A stretch of 64,000 nucleotides of DNA from Chiloscyllium plagiosum (Eukaryota), in NCBI RefSeq assembly GCF_004010195.1, contig NC_057753.1, positions 5,313,435-5,377,434 on the forward strand. The letters run 5' to 3'. The position numbers and the translations under genes are program-made. Numbering within the stretch: position 1 is the first letter of the stretch; every line of letters begins with the position of its first letter. The notes beneath the pieces are model-generated. The model was given only the letters and a program-made list of their open reading frames with translations. It searched no databases and was not told the DNA's origin. Shown piece by piece: positions 38,130 through 50,742 of this stretch.

Positions 38130-39752
38130 CGAGGGAAAGTTGCTGGAGAAGGTACTGAGGGATAAAATCTATACCTGGAAAAGAATGGGCTTATCAGTGA
38201 TTGTGCCTTACCAACTTCATAGAGTTCTTTTGAGGAAGTGACCAAGTTGATCGATGAAGGAAGGGCTGTAGATGTAATATACATGAACTTTAGTAAGGCG
38301 TTTGATATGGTTCCCCATGGCAGACTGATGGAGAAAGTGAAGTTACATGGTGTGCAGGGTGTTCTAGTTAGGTGCATAAAGAACTGGTTGAGCAACAGGA
38401 TACAGAGAGTAATAGTTGAAGGGAGTTTCTCAGAATGGAGAAAGGTGACCAGTGGTGTTCCACAGGGGTCAGTGCTGGGGCCACTGTTAGAACATAGAAC
38501 ATAGAACAATACAGCACAGAACAGGCCCTTCGGCCCACGATGTTGTGCCGAACATTTGTCCTAGCTTAAGCACCCATCCATGTACCTATCCAATTGCCGC
38601 TTAAAGGTCACCAAAGATTCTGACTTTACCACTCCCACAGGCAGCGCATTCCATGCCCCCACCACTCTCTGGGTAAAGAACCCACCCCTAACATCTCCCC
38701 NNNNNNNNNNNNNNNNNNNNNNNNNNNNNNNNNNNNNNNNNNNNNNNNNNNNNNNNNNNNNNNNNNNNNNNNNNNNNNNNNNNNNNNNNNNNNNNNNNNN
38801 NNNNNNNNNNNNNNNNNNNNNNNNNNNNNNNNNNNNNNNNNNNNNNNNNNNNNNNNNNNNNNNNNNNNNNNNNNNNNNNNNNNNNNNNNNNNNNNNNNNN
38901 NNNNNNNNNNNNNNNNNNNNNNNNNNNNNNNNNNNNNNNNNNNNNNNNNNNNNNNNNNNNNNNNNNNNNNNNNNNNNNNNNNNNNNNNNNNNNNNNNNNN
39001 NNNNNNNNNNNNNNNNNNNNNNNNNNNNNNNNNNNNNNNNNNNNNNNNNNNNNNNNNNNNNNNNNNNNNNNNNNNNNNNNNNNNNNNNNNNNNNNNNNNN
39101 NNNNNNNNNNNNNNNNNNNNNNNNNNNNNNNNNNNNNNNNNNNNNNNNNNNNNNNNNNNNNNNNNNNNNNNNNNNNNNNNNNNNNNNNNNNNNNNNNNNN
39201 NNNNNNNNNNNNNNNNNNNNNNNNNNNNNNNNNNNNNNNNNNNNNNNNNNNNNNNNNNNNNNNNNNNNNNNNNNNNNNNNNNNNNNNNNNNNNNNNNNNN
39301 NNNNNNNNNNNNNNNNNNNNNNNNNNNNNNNNNNNNNNNNNNNNNNNNNNNNNNNNNNNNNNNNNNNNNNNNNNNNNNNNNNNNNNNNNNNNNNNNNNNN
39401 NNNNNNNNNNNNNNTACAAAATCATGAAGGGTATAGACAGGTTGGATAGAGACAAGCGTTTTCCCAGGGTGAAGGATTCAATAAAGAGAGGTGAAAAGTT
39501 CAAGGTTGATATATGCGGCAAGTGTTTTACACAGAGGGTGGTAGGTGCCTGGAACTCTTTGCCAGCAGAGATGGTAGAGGCAGACATGGTAGATTTATTT
39601 AAGGTACATCTGGACAGATGCATGAGTAAGTGGGGAGCAGAGGTATATGGATGCTTAGGAATTGGGCGATCGGTTTAGACAGTGGATCTGGATCGGCTCA
39701 GGCTTGGAGGGCTGAAGGGCCAGTTCCTCGGCTGTAAATTTTCTTTGTTCTT
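38130..39752. mobile_element. CR1 fragments: RT (+, 38130-38488), inverted 3' end (-, 38489-38700), gap, 3' end (+, 39415-39752)
   Basis: [37 protein letters not shown]; (ACATAGA)n tail; FTQRVVGAWNSLP. Confidence 0.85.
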
Positions 39753-40669
39753 TGACAATATAGCAACTTGCAATCCTTGTGTATTGGGGTTGCTCTCGGA
39801 GATAATCTTTGCAACACAATAGTTTACAACACAATAGTCCCATCAGGAGGTACATGAGCTATTGATTTTCCCGCTGACTTTGACTTCAGAAGGAGCTTTG
39901 GAACAGTTGTCTGCTGAGTGCAGTAACGTGATTACTGCAGCCATCTTAGTGGGGTGTTTCAAAAAGCAGTCACTAAAGATATGTACTAGCATTGGTTTTA
40001 ATCCATTTGTGGCAATATGTATGAGGAAAAGCAAGTGTTCCAACAAGACCCTGGGGAATTCTACTACGATGCTTGCTTTAGCCCTTCAAACATGCAGTAA
40101 CCATTACTGTCAATTGGCTATTTCCATATCCATGTTGCTCCTGTCCCCTATTCCACAATCTCTAACTTTGTGTATGGGTCTGCTGTGTGGCAAATCAGTC
40201 CGCATGCATGACACCAACTGCACTGTCCTGAGAACTCTCCCCGCCACCTCTTCGCAAAACTCCAGCACGATAGTTAATGCAATTTTCCCTGAATTAGCTC
40301 TTCTTAATTACGCAGAAATTCTCCATGTGATCATCTATTGTCCCATGTATTGTTTCTCACAGTTTCCCACTCATTGAGGTAAAGCTGACTCGGGAGCTGT
40401 TGACTTCGCCTTTACATTCTTTCCTGAATCTAACATCTGCAAGTCTCCAGTACTCTGCCAACACTGCTGAATGTAAGGAAAGGCTGGACAATGTAGCTAC
40501 GGCCTCCACAATATTCACTCTGACTTTCCTCAGTGTCCCTGGGGGCACCTTAGCCATACCCAGTGCTTTTATTAACTTTAAGAACAGACAACTTATCCAA
40601 AACTTCCTCCTCGACAATTAAAACCCTTTCCAGAGTTTCAAATTTAACACCAAAACCCAAGCATTGTAA

Positions 40670-42336
40670 TTACTCGTGAACTCTCTGGTGTCTCAGCAGG
40701 TTGGATGACTGAGTGAATCCCTTTCCACTCTCAGAGTGAGTGAATGGCTTCTCTCCCGTGTGAACGTGCTGCTGCTTTAGTGAGTGGGACGACTGAGTGA
40801 ATCCCTTCCCACGGTCAGTGCGAGTGAATGGTCTCTCCCTGGTCTGAACTCACTGGTGTATGTTGAGTCGTGATGAGTGCTTGAACCCTCTTCCACAGTG
40901 CGAACATCTGTGTGGTCTCTCGTCCGAGTGAACGTTGTTACGACAGGGGGCAAACCCTTCTGCTAATTTAAACCTCGCCTCGTAAATCTGTTAAAATTAT
41001 GAGTGACGGAGAACTACCAATTCCCCTATTTAAAGAAAAAAATTAACAATTTATTCTTTAACTCCAAGTTAGAAAAAAACATTAAATAGCAATTGTCTGC
41101 ACTGTAAACGTCCTTTATCTGATCAATTTATCTGCCTCCCACTCTACAACAATATACTGATCTGATAACTCCCTCCCCCCCCCCCCCCCCGATTAAGTTT
41201 AACAAAAAGATTATAATTTCAAAACCAGTCAGCTGGGTTGATGTTCCTCTGTAGATTTTCCTGGGTCATCTTTTCTTTAGTCTTCTGCTGCACAGATTTC
41301 ATATGATCAGGTACCTTTCTGAGTACGATTCTGCGGGTGTTCTTTGCTGCTGGCGAATTTTTCAAAATACATGATTTTTTTAACCCAAATCATTGGAGTG
41401 TCTTATTGGTTTGATGTCATCGAAACATTAAAATTCAAATTTGATTGGATTCTGGTATCTTGAGGCATAACTTAAACTGATTGGCCGAACTCGAATTTGT
41501 GGTGTACCATGGCAACTCAGCTCCAGCTATTTGTTTCACAGCCAAATGTTACATTTTTAAATTGTTCAGCACACTCTGTGCTTGCAGTCAGTCCTTGCCA
41601 GCTTTCACTCTCTCTTAAAGGCACAGTACACACCTCCACCTTCATAATAACATGTTGATGTGACATCAGTTCCCCAGAACTTTTGTAGCACTTCTCGCAG
41701 TCTGGACATTGTGAGCTCACTGGTGTGCCAGTAGGTCGAATGAAGCAGTTCACCTGCTCCCACACTTGGAGCAGGTGAACGGCCTATCCCTACCATGCAC
41801 ATGCTGGAATGACAGCAAATGGAACAACTGGGTAAATCCCTTCCCACACTCAGAGCAGGTGAGTGACCTCTCCCGGGTGTGAAGGCAGTGGTGTATCAAA
41901 AGGTGAGATTAATGACGGAATCCCTTCCCTCCAGACAACTGAATGACCTCTTACCAGTGTGGACCCGCCGGTGTGTCAGCAGGTCGGATACCTGGGTGAA
42001 ACCCTTCTCACACTCAGAGTCACTGAACGGCCTCTCCCTGGTGCGTGACTGCGCCGATGAGTTTTGACATCCGGTGGGAAAATGAAACCCTTCCCAACAA
42101 ACCGCAAATGTCCGCAGTTTCTCTCTGTTGTGACCGCATTTATGTTTTGACAGGCCAGATGAACTAGTGAAGCCTCCACCACATCAAACACTTACAGGGT
42201 TTCTTCCCACTCCGAACGGTGCTTTCTGCTTCCATGTTCAAACTCCGATGATATCCAGGTTATGATAATGGGGGTGACTGTCAGATAGTGATGCGGTGTT
42301 TGGTTTGAATTTCCTACTACAAATTCTTCTAATTCG
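40670..42336 (-). pseudogene. C2H2 ZNF pseudogene split by a solo LTR
   Basis: Acceptor TTTCACAG at 42337, MEAEST start at 42235, frameshifted fingers incl. [18 protein letters not shown], resuming at 40935 to TAA at 40670. Confidence 0.85.
40936..41652 (-). mobile_element. Solo LTR inserted in ZNF coding exon
   Basis: TGTTACGAC...ATAACA ends; reverse-complement similarity to 30899-31609. Confidence 0.75.
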
Positions 42337-42479
42337 CTGTGAAATTGATATAAAGCAGAAAGAGAAAGGAGTGAGAGAGAGTATGGGAATACACACTCAA
42401 TATTTCAGGAAAGGGGACATGCTGTTCTATCTGAACTTACACAAAGATGTTCTCAATGGAGAATTTTTTAAAAAACAGA

Positions 42480-43566
42480 GTTCAGGGATGAAGGTGCAGT
42501 AATTGGCTTGCTGAAAGAAAACAGAGGGTTGTAGTTGATGGAACATGTTCATCTTGGTGTCCAGTTACTAGCAGTGTACCGCAAGGGTCGGTGTTGCGTC
42601 CACTGCTGTTCATCATTTTTATAAATGACCTGGATGAGGGCTTAGAAAGGTGGGTTGGTACATTTGCGGACGACACTAAGGTCGGTGGAGTTGTGGATAG
42701 TGACGAAGGATGTAGTAGGTTGCAGAGAGACATAGATAAGCTGCAGAGCTGGGCTGAGAGGTGGCAAATGGAATTTAATGTGGACAAGTGTGAGGTGATA
42801 CACTTTGGATGGAGTAATCGGAATGCAAAGTACTGGGCTAATGGTAAGATTCTTGGGAGTGCAGATGAGCAGAGAGATCTTGGTGTCCAGGTACACAGAT
42901 CCCTGAAAGTTGTCACCCAGATTGACAAGGTTGTTAAGAAGGCATACAGTGTTTTGGCCTTTATTAATAGAGGGATTGAGTTCTGGAACCAGGAGGTTAT
43001 GCTACAGCTGTACAAAGCTCTGGTATGGCCACACTTGGAGTATTGTGTACAGTTCTGGTCACCGCATTATAAGAAGGATGTGGAAGCTTTGGAAAGGGTG
43101 CAGAGGAGATTTACTAGGATGTTGCCTGGTATGGAAGGAATGTCTTACGAGGAAAGGCTGAGGGCCTTAAGGCTGTTCTCATTAGAGAGAAGAAGGTTGA
43201 GAGGTGACTTAATAGAGACATACAAGATAATCAGAGGGTTAGATAGGGTGGACAGGGAGAGCCTTTTTCCAAGTATGGGGACGGCAAACACGAGGGGGCA
43301 TAGCTTTAAAGTGAGGGGAGGTAGGTATAAGACAGATGTTAGAGGTAGTTTCTTTACTCCTAGAGTAGTAAGGGTATGGAATGCTTTGCCTGCAACGGTA
43401 ATAGATTCGTCAAGTTTAAGTGCATTTAAGTCGTCATTGGACAAATATATGGACGTACATGGAATAGTGTAGGTTAGATGGGCTTCAGATTAGTATGACA
43501 GGGCGGTGCAACATCGAGGGCCGAAGGGCCTGTACTGCGCTGTAATGTTCTGTGTTCTATGTTCTA
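42480..43566 (+). mobile_element. CR1 LINE 3' fragment with uninterrupted RT C-terminal frame
   Basis: 293-aa open frame (FINDLDEG..FADDTK..LEYCVQFWSP..VWNALP), (TGTTCTA)n tail. Confidence 0.95.
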
Positions 43567-43709
43567 AGTTCTAATTTAATATAACTACAACTGAACTGGA
43601 ATGTTCACAGAAACCCTCAGCCTTTACCAACTAGAAGGACCGAGGTAGCAGGTGGATGGGAACACCACCACCTTCAAGCCATGCACTGTCCAGACCTGTC
43701 TGACAGTGA

Positions 43710-44032
43710 AGGGTGGCACTGCGGCTAGCACTGCTGCCTCACAGCGCCAGGGACCCGGGTTCGATTCCGGCCTCGGGCTACTCTCTGTGTGGAGTTTGCA
43801 CGTTCTCCCTGTGTCTGTGTGGGTTTCCTCCAGTTTGCTCCCACAATCCAAAGATGTGCGGTTTAGATGGCCATGCTAAGTTGTCCACAGTGTTCAGGGA
43901 TGTGTAGGTTAAGTGAATTAGTCAAGGGGAAATGTCGAGTTATAGGGTAGGGGAATAGGTCTGGGTGGGTTACTCTTCAGAGGGTCAGTGTGGACTTGTT
44001 GGACCGAAGGGCCTGCAGGGATTTTATGATTC
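43710..44032 (+). mobile_element. HE1-type SINE
   Basis: SINE head, core and tail. Confidence 0.9.
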
Positions 44033-44479
44033 AGTACTGGATGAGCAGAAATTTCCTCCATTTAAATGTTGGGAAGACTGGTGTTATTGCCTTCAGTCCC
44101 CGCTACAAACCCACTCCTTCGCCACCAATTCTAATCCTCTTCCTGGCAACCAAGGCTGAACACACTAGATGAGGTTCATCTCGCAGGACCAATAACCACG
44201 CAGTAACATTGTGGGGAAATGACTGAGATGAGGAAAAATGTCTTCACCTGGAGGGTAATGAACCTGTGAAATTCCCTTCCACAGAAAGTGGTGGAGGCCA
44301 AGAAACTGAAAACATTCAGGAAAAAAAAGAGACATTTGTAAAAAAAAAAAATTAAAGGCACCAAGGTATGAGGAGAAAGCAGGCATATAGCATTGAGATG
44401 GAGGATCAGCCGTGATAAATATTGAAAGGTGGAGCAGTTCCAAACAATCAAATTGCCTACTCTTCCTCTAAATTTTGCA

Positions 44480-44825
44480 GTACGGTGGCTCACTGGTCAG
44501 CACTGCTGCCTCACAGCGCCAGGGAGTCGGGTTGGATTCCAGCCTCGGGGTGACTGTCTGTGTGGAGTTTGCACATTCTCCCCGTGTCTGTGTGGGTTTC
44601 CTCCGGGTGCTCCGGTTTCCTCCCACCGTCCAAAGATGTGCAGGTTCGGGTGAATTGGCCGTGCTAAATTGCCCCAGAGTGTTCAGGGATGTGTAGGTTA
44701 GGTGCTTTAGTCTGGGGAAAACGTAGGATAATAGGGTAGGGGAATGGTGGGTTAGTCTTCGGAGGGTTAGTGTGGACGTGTTGGGCCAAAAAGCCTGTTT
44801 CCACACTATAGGGATTCTATGATTC
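44480..44825 (+). mobile_element. HE1-type SINE following an old CR1 3' end (44210-44470)
   Basis: SINE head, core, GGGATTCTATGATTC tail. Confidence 0.9.
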
Positions 44826-44914
44826 CACAATGTTTTTTGGATTACGGCAGTTCTTTTACAATACCGCCAGGACTAGAAAAATGTCTGAAGGTGTTGCACT
44901 GAATTTTTGACATT

Positions 44915-46040
44915 GCATGGCATCACTATCACTGAATTCCCCGCTGTCAATATTCTGGTGGCTACCACTGACTAGAAGATCAACTAGTGGGTTTGAGTTA
45001 TAGGGACAGTCTGAATAGGGCTATAAAATTATGAGGGGGCATGGATAGGATGAATAGCCAAGGTCTTTTTCCCAGGATGGGGGAGCTCAAAACTAGCTTT
45101 AAGGTAAGAGGGAAGCTTTAAGGTGAGAGGAAAATGTTTTAAGGTGAGGAGGGGGAATGATATAAAAGTGACCCTAAAAATGGCAACGTTTTCATGCAGA
45201 GGGTGGTGCATGTATGGAATGAGCTGCCAGAGGAAGTGATAGAGGCTTTTACAATTACAATGTGTAAAAGGCATCTGGATGGGTATGTGAATAGGAAGGT
45301 TTTAGAGGGACTTGGCCAAATGGTGATTTTAATAGATTAATTTAGAATATCTGGTTACTGTGTGCTGTACAATTCTATGACTCTATACCCTGGAGGTGTG
45401 GATTCACTGTCCCACCTGCTCGGAGATGCATAATAACATCCGTGAACAGGTTATTAAAACATATATAAATACAATGCCAACAAGAGGAGGTCAGAGACTT
45501 GGAATATTGCAGCAAGCATGTCAGTTCCTGACTTCCCAAAACTTATCCACCATCTCTAATGCACAAGTCAGGACTGTAATGGAATACTCCCCACTTGTCT
45601 GGATGAGTGCAGCTCCAATAATACTCAAGAAAATTGACAACATCCAGTACAAAGCAGCCAGCATGATTGGCGCTACATCCGCAAGCATTCACTCCCTTGT
45701 TCACCAATATTCAGTAGCAACAGTGTGTACTATCTACAAAATGCACTGCAGAAATTTACCAAAGATTCTTGAAGACAGCATGTTTGAAACCGTTGACCAT
45801 TCCAACCCAAAAGGACAAAGGTCACAGATACATGAGAACACCACCACCTGCATGTTCCCCTCCAAACCACTCACCATCCTGACTTTGAAATATGTTGCTG
45901 TTCCTTCATTATCACTGGGATGAAATCCTGGAATTCCCTCCGTAATAGCATCATGGGTCTACCTACTACACACGGACTGCAGCAGTTCAAGAAGACAGCT
46001 TAGCACCACAATGCCCACATTGCAGAAAAGAATAAAAATA
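44915..46040 (+). mobile_element. Divergent CR1-group LINE 3' fragment with HER1 tail inserted at about 44990-45385
   Basis: AQVRTVMEYSPLVWMSAAP...HSLVHQYSVATVCTIYKMHC. Confidence 0.75.
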
Positions 46041-46559
46041 AGTAGACAGCTCAAGTATACAGAGATTTCAAAAGTATTGCGCTTTCTGTAGAGTGCAGCC
46101 TGAACTCAGTGAACGAGCCTGTTTCCACAAGTCTCTTGGACAGCCAAGGACGATCTCCCCTGGTCAACATGTGGAAAGTTGCCAAGAGGAAACATTTGGG
46201 AGCTCATCAGGTGTGCAAAGAAGATCTCACTGGTGATGAGTATCTGTAAAGGATAATGCTGAGGAAAAATGTCTTTTAGCTGTATATGAGAAAATCCTTC
46301 CAGACTCTCACATATGTAGAACCATACAACACCTCTGCGCTGTCCCTGACATCAGCTTTGCATTTTCTTCTGCAATAAACACCTAAAATGCCAGGCCATA
46401 ATCAGCCACGGAGTCAATGCAGGTAAATGGGATGAGTTCAGTTTGGTGTCTGTTGGTCGGCGTAGACATGAGATCTGTTTCTCTGCGGTATGACTCTTTT
46501 TTGACTGTAAGCTTATATTACATTGCCCTTTGGGCGTATGTTGAGTGACTGACCACTAT

Positions 46560-46693
46560 GTTAAAAATCACACAACACCAGTTTATAGTCTAACAGGTTT
46601 ATTTGGAAGCACTAACCTGTTGGACTATAACCTGGTGTTGTGTGATTTTTAACTTTGCACACCCCAGTCCAACACTGGCATCTCCAAATCATA
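46560..46693. mobile_element. PLE-derived hairpin insert
   Basis: GTTAAAAATCACACAACACCAG...AACAGGTT mirrored by AACCTGTT...CTGGTGTTGTGTGATTTTTAAC. Confidence 0.75.
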
Positions 46694-46739
46694 AATTACT
46701 ATGAACCTACAAACCACTCTGGGATGCTGTCAACCCTTC

Positions 46740-47300
46740 AGCAGAGGAGGTGGGGTTAAGTGGAGCATGCGCAAAGTCCCCCGTGTAGGAGCATGCGCAG
46801 TTCCAGCCCGGGAAGGGGGGGTTCAGGGTTCGAGGCTGTGCGGTAGGATTGGAGAAATCGGGTGAGTGTCGAGCAACGGATCCGGCCGTTTGGGGCGCGG
46901 GAGACCGTCACCGACATTGGCTGCGGGGGGTCTCAAGCTGCAAAGGAAACGCTTGCGGTGCCGGGATTGTAACCATTTGAACGGCGTCCGGCTTTTTCCG
47001 GGGGATTAGCGTGGTCTTTTTTAAAAAAAACTGCCGCCATCTTTGTAGGGGGCGATGAACCATTGCGGTGGCGGAGGAAAGGGGAGTGCCATCTTTCTGC
47101 GGGGCAGTGGGCGGAGGGGCGCACGCGCGACTGCCAGGGTCTCAGGCTCTTGCTCTGGGGCTCACGTGGTCTACATGGAGATCAATGCGTGTCCGCCCCC
47201 TGCTGTGTTCCAAAGGCTCAGGAACCCTTTGGGAAAAACATTCCCGCTCATCACTGACTCAGACAGACGACCTCATTGACCTTTAGTTTGAGAGTCACGT
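46740..47300 (+). promoter_or_regulatory. CpG island promoter and noncoding exon 1, likely for the 48618 ZNF
   Basis: Two GAGCATGCGCA sites (about 46763, 46789), donor GG|GTGAGT at 46861/46862, GCCGCCATCTT 47033 and GCCATCTTT 47088, CACGTG E-boxes. Confidence 0.65.
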
Positions 47301-47337
47301 GAGACAACATGCTCATCCATCCATGCAGTTCATAAAA

Positions 47338-47680
47338 TCCCTACAATGTGGAAACAGGCCCTTTGGCTCAACAAGTCCACACTGACCCTCCAAAGAGTAT
47401 CCTACCCAGACCCATTTCCTATCCTATCACTCTACATTTCCCCTGACTGATGCATGTGACCTTCACATCCCTGAGCACTGAATTGGCAATTTAGCATAGC
47501 CAATTCACCTAACCTGCACATCTTTGGATGGTTGGAATAAACCGGAGCACTTGGAAGAAACCCATGCAAATGGGGGGTGGAGAATGTGCAAACTATGCAC
47601 AGATTGACATCCGAGGCTGGAATTGAACCCAGGTCCTTGGTGCTGTGAGGTAGCAGTGCTAATCACTGAGCCCCAGTTAC
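47338..47680 (-). mobile_element. HE1-type SINE followed by old CR1 (about 47690-48060 -)
   Basis: Reverse-complement SINE motifs. Confidence 0.85.
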
Positions 47681-48617
47681 ACCATCTCAGGCTCTTGTAG
47701 ATTTCAATCAAACCCCCTCTTATTCTCTAAATTCCCAGTGGATACAAGCTAAAACTATCCAACTTTTCCGAATAAGAAAACCCATCTATTCAAGGGTATT
47801 GCTCTCATAAATGTTTTCTGAATCTCCTCCAAAGGATTTTTATCCTTAAATAAGAAGCCCACTGCTGTACACAGTATAATGATTTCCTCAGTGCTCTGTA
47901 TGAATTAAGTATAACCTTGTTTTTTTTAAATAAAGTTTGCCTTGTAATAAACAGTAACATTCTTTTAGTTATTATAATCACTTGCTGGACCTGCCAAGTA
48001 ACTTTTTGTAATCTTGCAATCTTTTATTCATCATTTGGCCAATTGATCTTCTGGTGTTTAAATAGTGGATATCCCTGTTCGTCCAGTTGTTGGGAGGTGT
48101 GGGGGTGAGGTGTGACTTGGAGGTGATGGTGTTCACATCCACCAGCAAGCCTGGTCTTTTAAGGTGGTGAGGGTTGAGGATTTGGGAGTTATTGTCAAAA
48201 TTCCTGCCTCTTTCACCTCTTCCTTTCTCTTTTTCTTTGTCACTTTCCGCACAGCCCAAAGTCTTGAGGAGGCACACAGCAGGTGGCAGCTTCCCTTCCT
48301 TGACGAACATTACCAAACCAGATGGATTATTTTGGCAATCTGGAAGCTTTCATGTTAATCATTTCCTAAGACCCTCAAAAGACCAGATCCATTCAGCTGT
48401 ATCTCACAACTTGCCTTTGATTTGTAGTTGGGAAACAAATCAAACCATGTCGAGGTTTAGGAAGAATCATTTGATCTGAAACAATACCTCTGATGTCTCT
48501 CCATAGCTGCTGCCAGACTTACTGAGCTTTTCCAGCAATTACTATTTTTGCAATCCATGTCGGGTTCTGATGGCGATGCCGTATTTACTATAAACTCAGT
48601 ATTGTGAAATTTTCAAC

Positions 48618-50075
48618 ATGGAAGGAGAAAGCACTGTTAACAGTTGCAAGAAATCGTTCACGTGTTCCTTGTGTGGGCAAGACTTCAACCAACCATCTGA
48701 CCTATTAGAACATAAATGTGGTGATGATGGGCGGAAACTATGGAAATGTGAGGACTGTGGGAAGGGTTTCAAATCCCCATCGAAGCTGGAAAGCCATCGG
48801 CGCAGTCACAGTGGGGAAAGGCCATTCACTTGTTCCATTTGTGGGAAGGGATTCACTCAGTCATCCCATTTACTTGCACACCAGTCCGCACACACTGGGG
48901 AGGGACCGTTTCCCTGCTCAAACTGTGGGAAGGGATTCACTCGGGTATCCAACCTACTGAGACACCAGTGCACTCATACTAGTGACACGGCGTATAAATG
49001 TCCAGACTGTGGAAAGTTCTATAAAAATTCTGGGGAATTGATGCACCATCAATGTATTCATACTGACGAGAGACCGTTCGAGTGTCCTTATTGTGGGATT
49101 AGGTTCAGGCGATCATCTTACCTCACTGTCCACCAGCGAATTCACACAGGGGAGAGGCCATTCAGCTGCTCTGAGTGTGGTAGGGGTTTCACTCAGCTAG
49201 CTCACCTGCTGACGCACGAGCGCGCACATACCGGGGAGAGACCGTTTCCCTGCTCTGACTGTGGGAAGAGGTTCACTCAGCTTTCCAACCTACTGAGACA
49301 CCAGCGAGTTCACACTGATGAGAGACCGTTTAAATGCCCAGATTGTAGCAAGTTCTTCAAAAGTTCCAGGGAATTGATCTCCCATCGACATACTCACACT
49401 GATGAAAGACCGTTCGGATGCTCTCGCTGCGGGACTGCATTCAGGCGATCATCTCAACTCACTGTGCACCAGCAAATTCACACCGGCGAGAGACCATTTA
49501 CCTGCCCTGAGTGTGGGAAAGGATTCAGTGACTCGTCCAACCTACAGATACACCAGAGGGTTCACACTGGGGAGAGACCTTTTAAATGTCCAGACTGCGC
49601 AAAGTGCTTTAAAAGTTCCGGAGAGCTGATGTCCCATAAACATGTTCACACAGACGAGAGGCCATTCAAGTGCTCTCACTGTGGGGCTGGGTTCAAGCAC
49701 TCATCTCAACTCACTGTCCACCAGCAAGTTCACACGGGGGAGAGGCCATTCACCTGCTCAGTGTGTGGGAAGGGGTTCAGTGATTCATCCAACTTGCTAA
49801 TACACCAGCGAGTTCACACCGGCGAAAGACCTTTTCAGTGCCCAGAGTGCGGGAAGTGCTATAAGAGTTCGGGGGAACTGAAATCCCATCAACGTGCTCA
49901 CACGGACGAGAGACCGTTCAGCTGCCCTCGCTGTGGGATGAAGTTCAAGCGGTCATCGCACCTCACTGTCCACCAGCGGGTTCACACTGGGGAAAAACCG
50001 TTCTCCTGCTTCAAGTGTGGGAAGGGATTCACTCAATTATCGCATCTCCTGAGACACCAGCAAACTCACAAGTAA
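48618..50075 (+). CDS. C2H2 zinc-finger protein, 485 aa, 16 canonical + 1 degenerate finger, no visible effector domain
   Basis: Uninterrupted ORF, AACATGG start context, TGERPF/TDERPF linkers, ends HQQTHK*. Confidence 0.93.
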   Translation: MEGESTVNSCKKSFTCSLCGQDFNQPSDLLEHKCGDDGRKLWKCEDCGKGFKSPSKLESHRRSHSGERPFTCSICGKGFTQSSHLLAHQSAHTGEGPFPCSNCGKGFTRVSNLLRHQCTHTSDTAYKCPDCGKFYKNSGELMHHQCIHTDERPFECPYCGIRFRRSSYLTVHQRIHTGERPFSCSECGRGFTQLAHLLTHERAHTGERPFPCSDCGKRFTQLSNLLRHQRVHTDERPFKCPDCSKFFKSSRELISHRHTHTDERPFGCSRCGTAFRRSSQLTVHQQIHTGERPFTCPECGKGFSDSSNLQIHQRVHTGERPFKCPDCAKCFKSSGELMSHKHVHTDERPFKCSHCGAGFKHSSQLTVHQQVHTGERPFTCSVCGKGFSDSSNLLIHQRVHTGERPFQCPECGKCYKSSGELKSHQRAHTDERPFSCPRCGMKFKRSSHLTVHQRVHTGEKPFSCFKCGKGFTQLSHLLRHQQTHK

Positions 50076-50464
50076 CTACAGGGACTGGGCTTTGCTGTTT
50101 AGTCACATCCAGAACTGAAGCATATTTGTGGTCGTCTGCTCCTGTTGGTTTTGTTGAACTCCAGTTATACGTGTCAAAATTCCAAATATAAGTCAAATAA
50201 ATTGGCTCAGTATTAAACACAAAGTGTTGAGTCTTAATCTTTCGAACAAGTATGTGGGTCTCTTTTTGCCACGGAAATTGACATACTCTGATAAACTGCC
50301 TGTGCTGCTGCTCCCATTCCACTCACCATTGGGGCCAAGTTGCCTTGAGTGTTCCACTTGCCCGAGCCTTGAACTTTCTCTGAGCATCTTTCTCTGCTCT
50401 CAGAACTGATCTTGACCTTGTGACCCTATTCTCACACAGCCTCTGACCCTGACTCAGGTACAGG

Positions 50465-50742
50465 TTAGATTAGATTCTCTACAGCCCAACCAGTCCACAT
50501 TGACCCTCCGAAGAGTAACCCACCCAGACCCATTTCCCTCTGACTAATGGACCTAACACTATGGGCAATTTTAGCTAGGCCAATTCACCTGACCTGTACA
50601 TCTTTGGACTGTGGGAGGAAACCGGAGCAAACCCACGCAGACATGGGGAGAATGTGCAAACTCCACACAGTCAGTCGCCTGAGGCTGGAATCGAACCTGG
50701 GACCCTGGTGAGGCAGCAGTGCTAACGACTAAGCCACCATGA
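50465..50742 (-). mobile_element. HE1-type SINE
   Basis: Reverse-complement SINE motifs. Confidence 0.9.

Noticed and set aside
38580..39623. Long 289/311-aa ORFs (also 6290-6788, 30052-30463)
   Set aside because: Length is an artefact of N gaps.
39862..40377. 171-aa ORF
   Set aside because: Non-ATG start, no recognisable motif or splice support; left unannotated.
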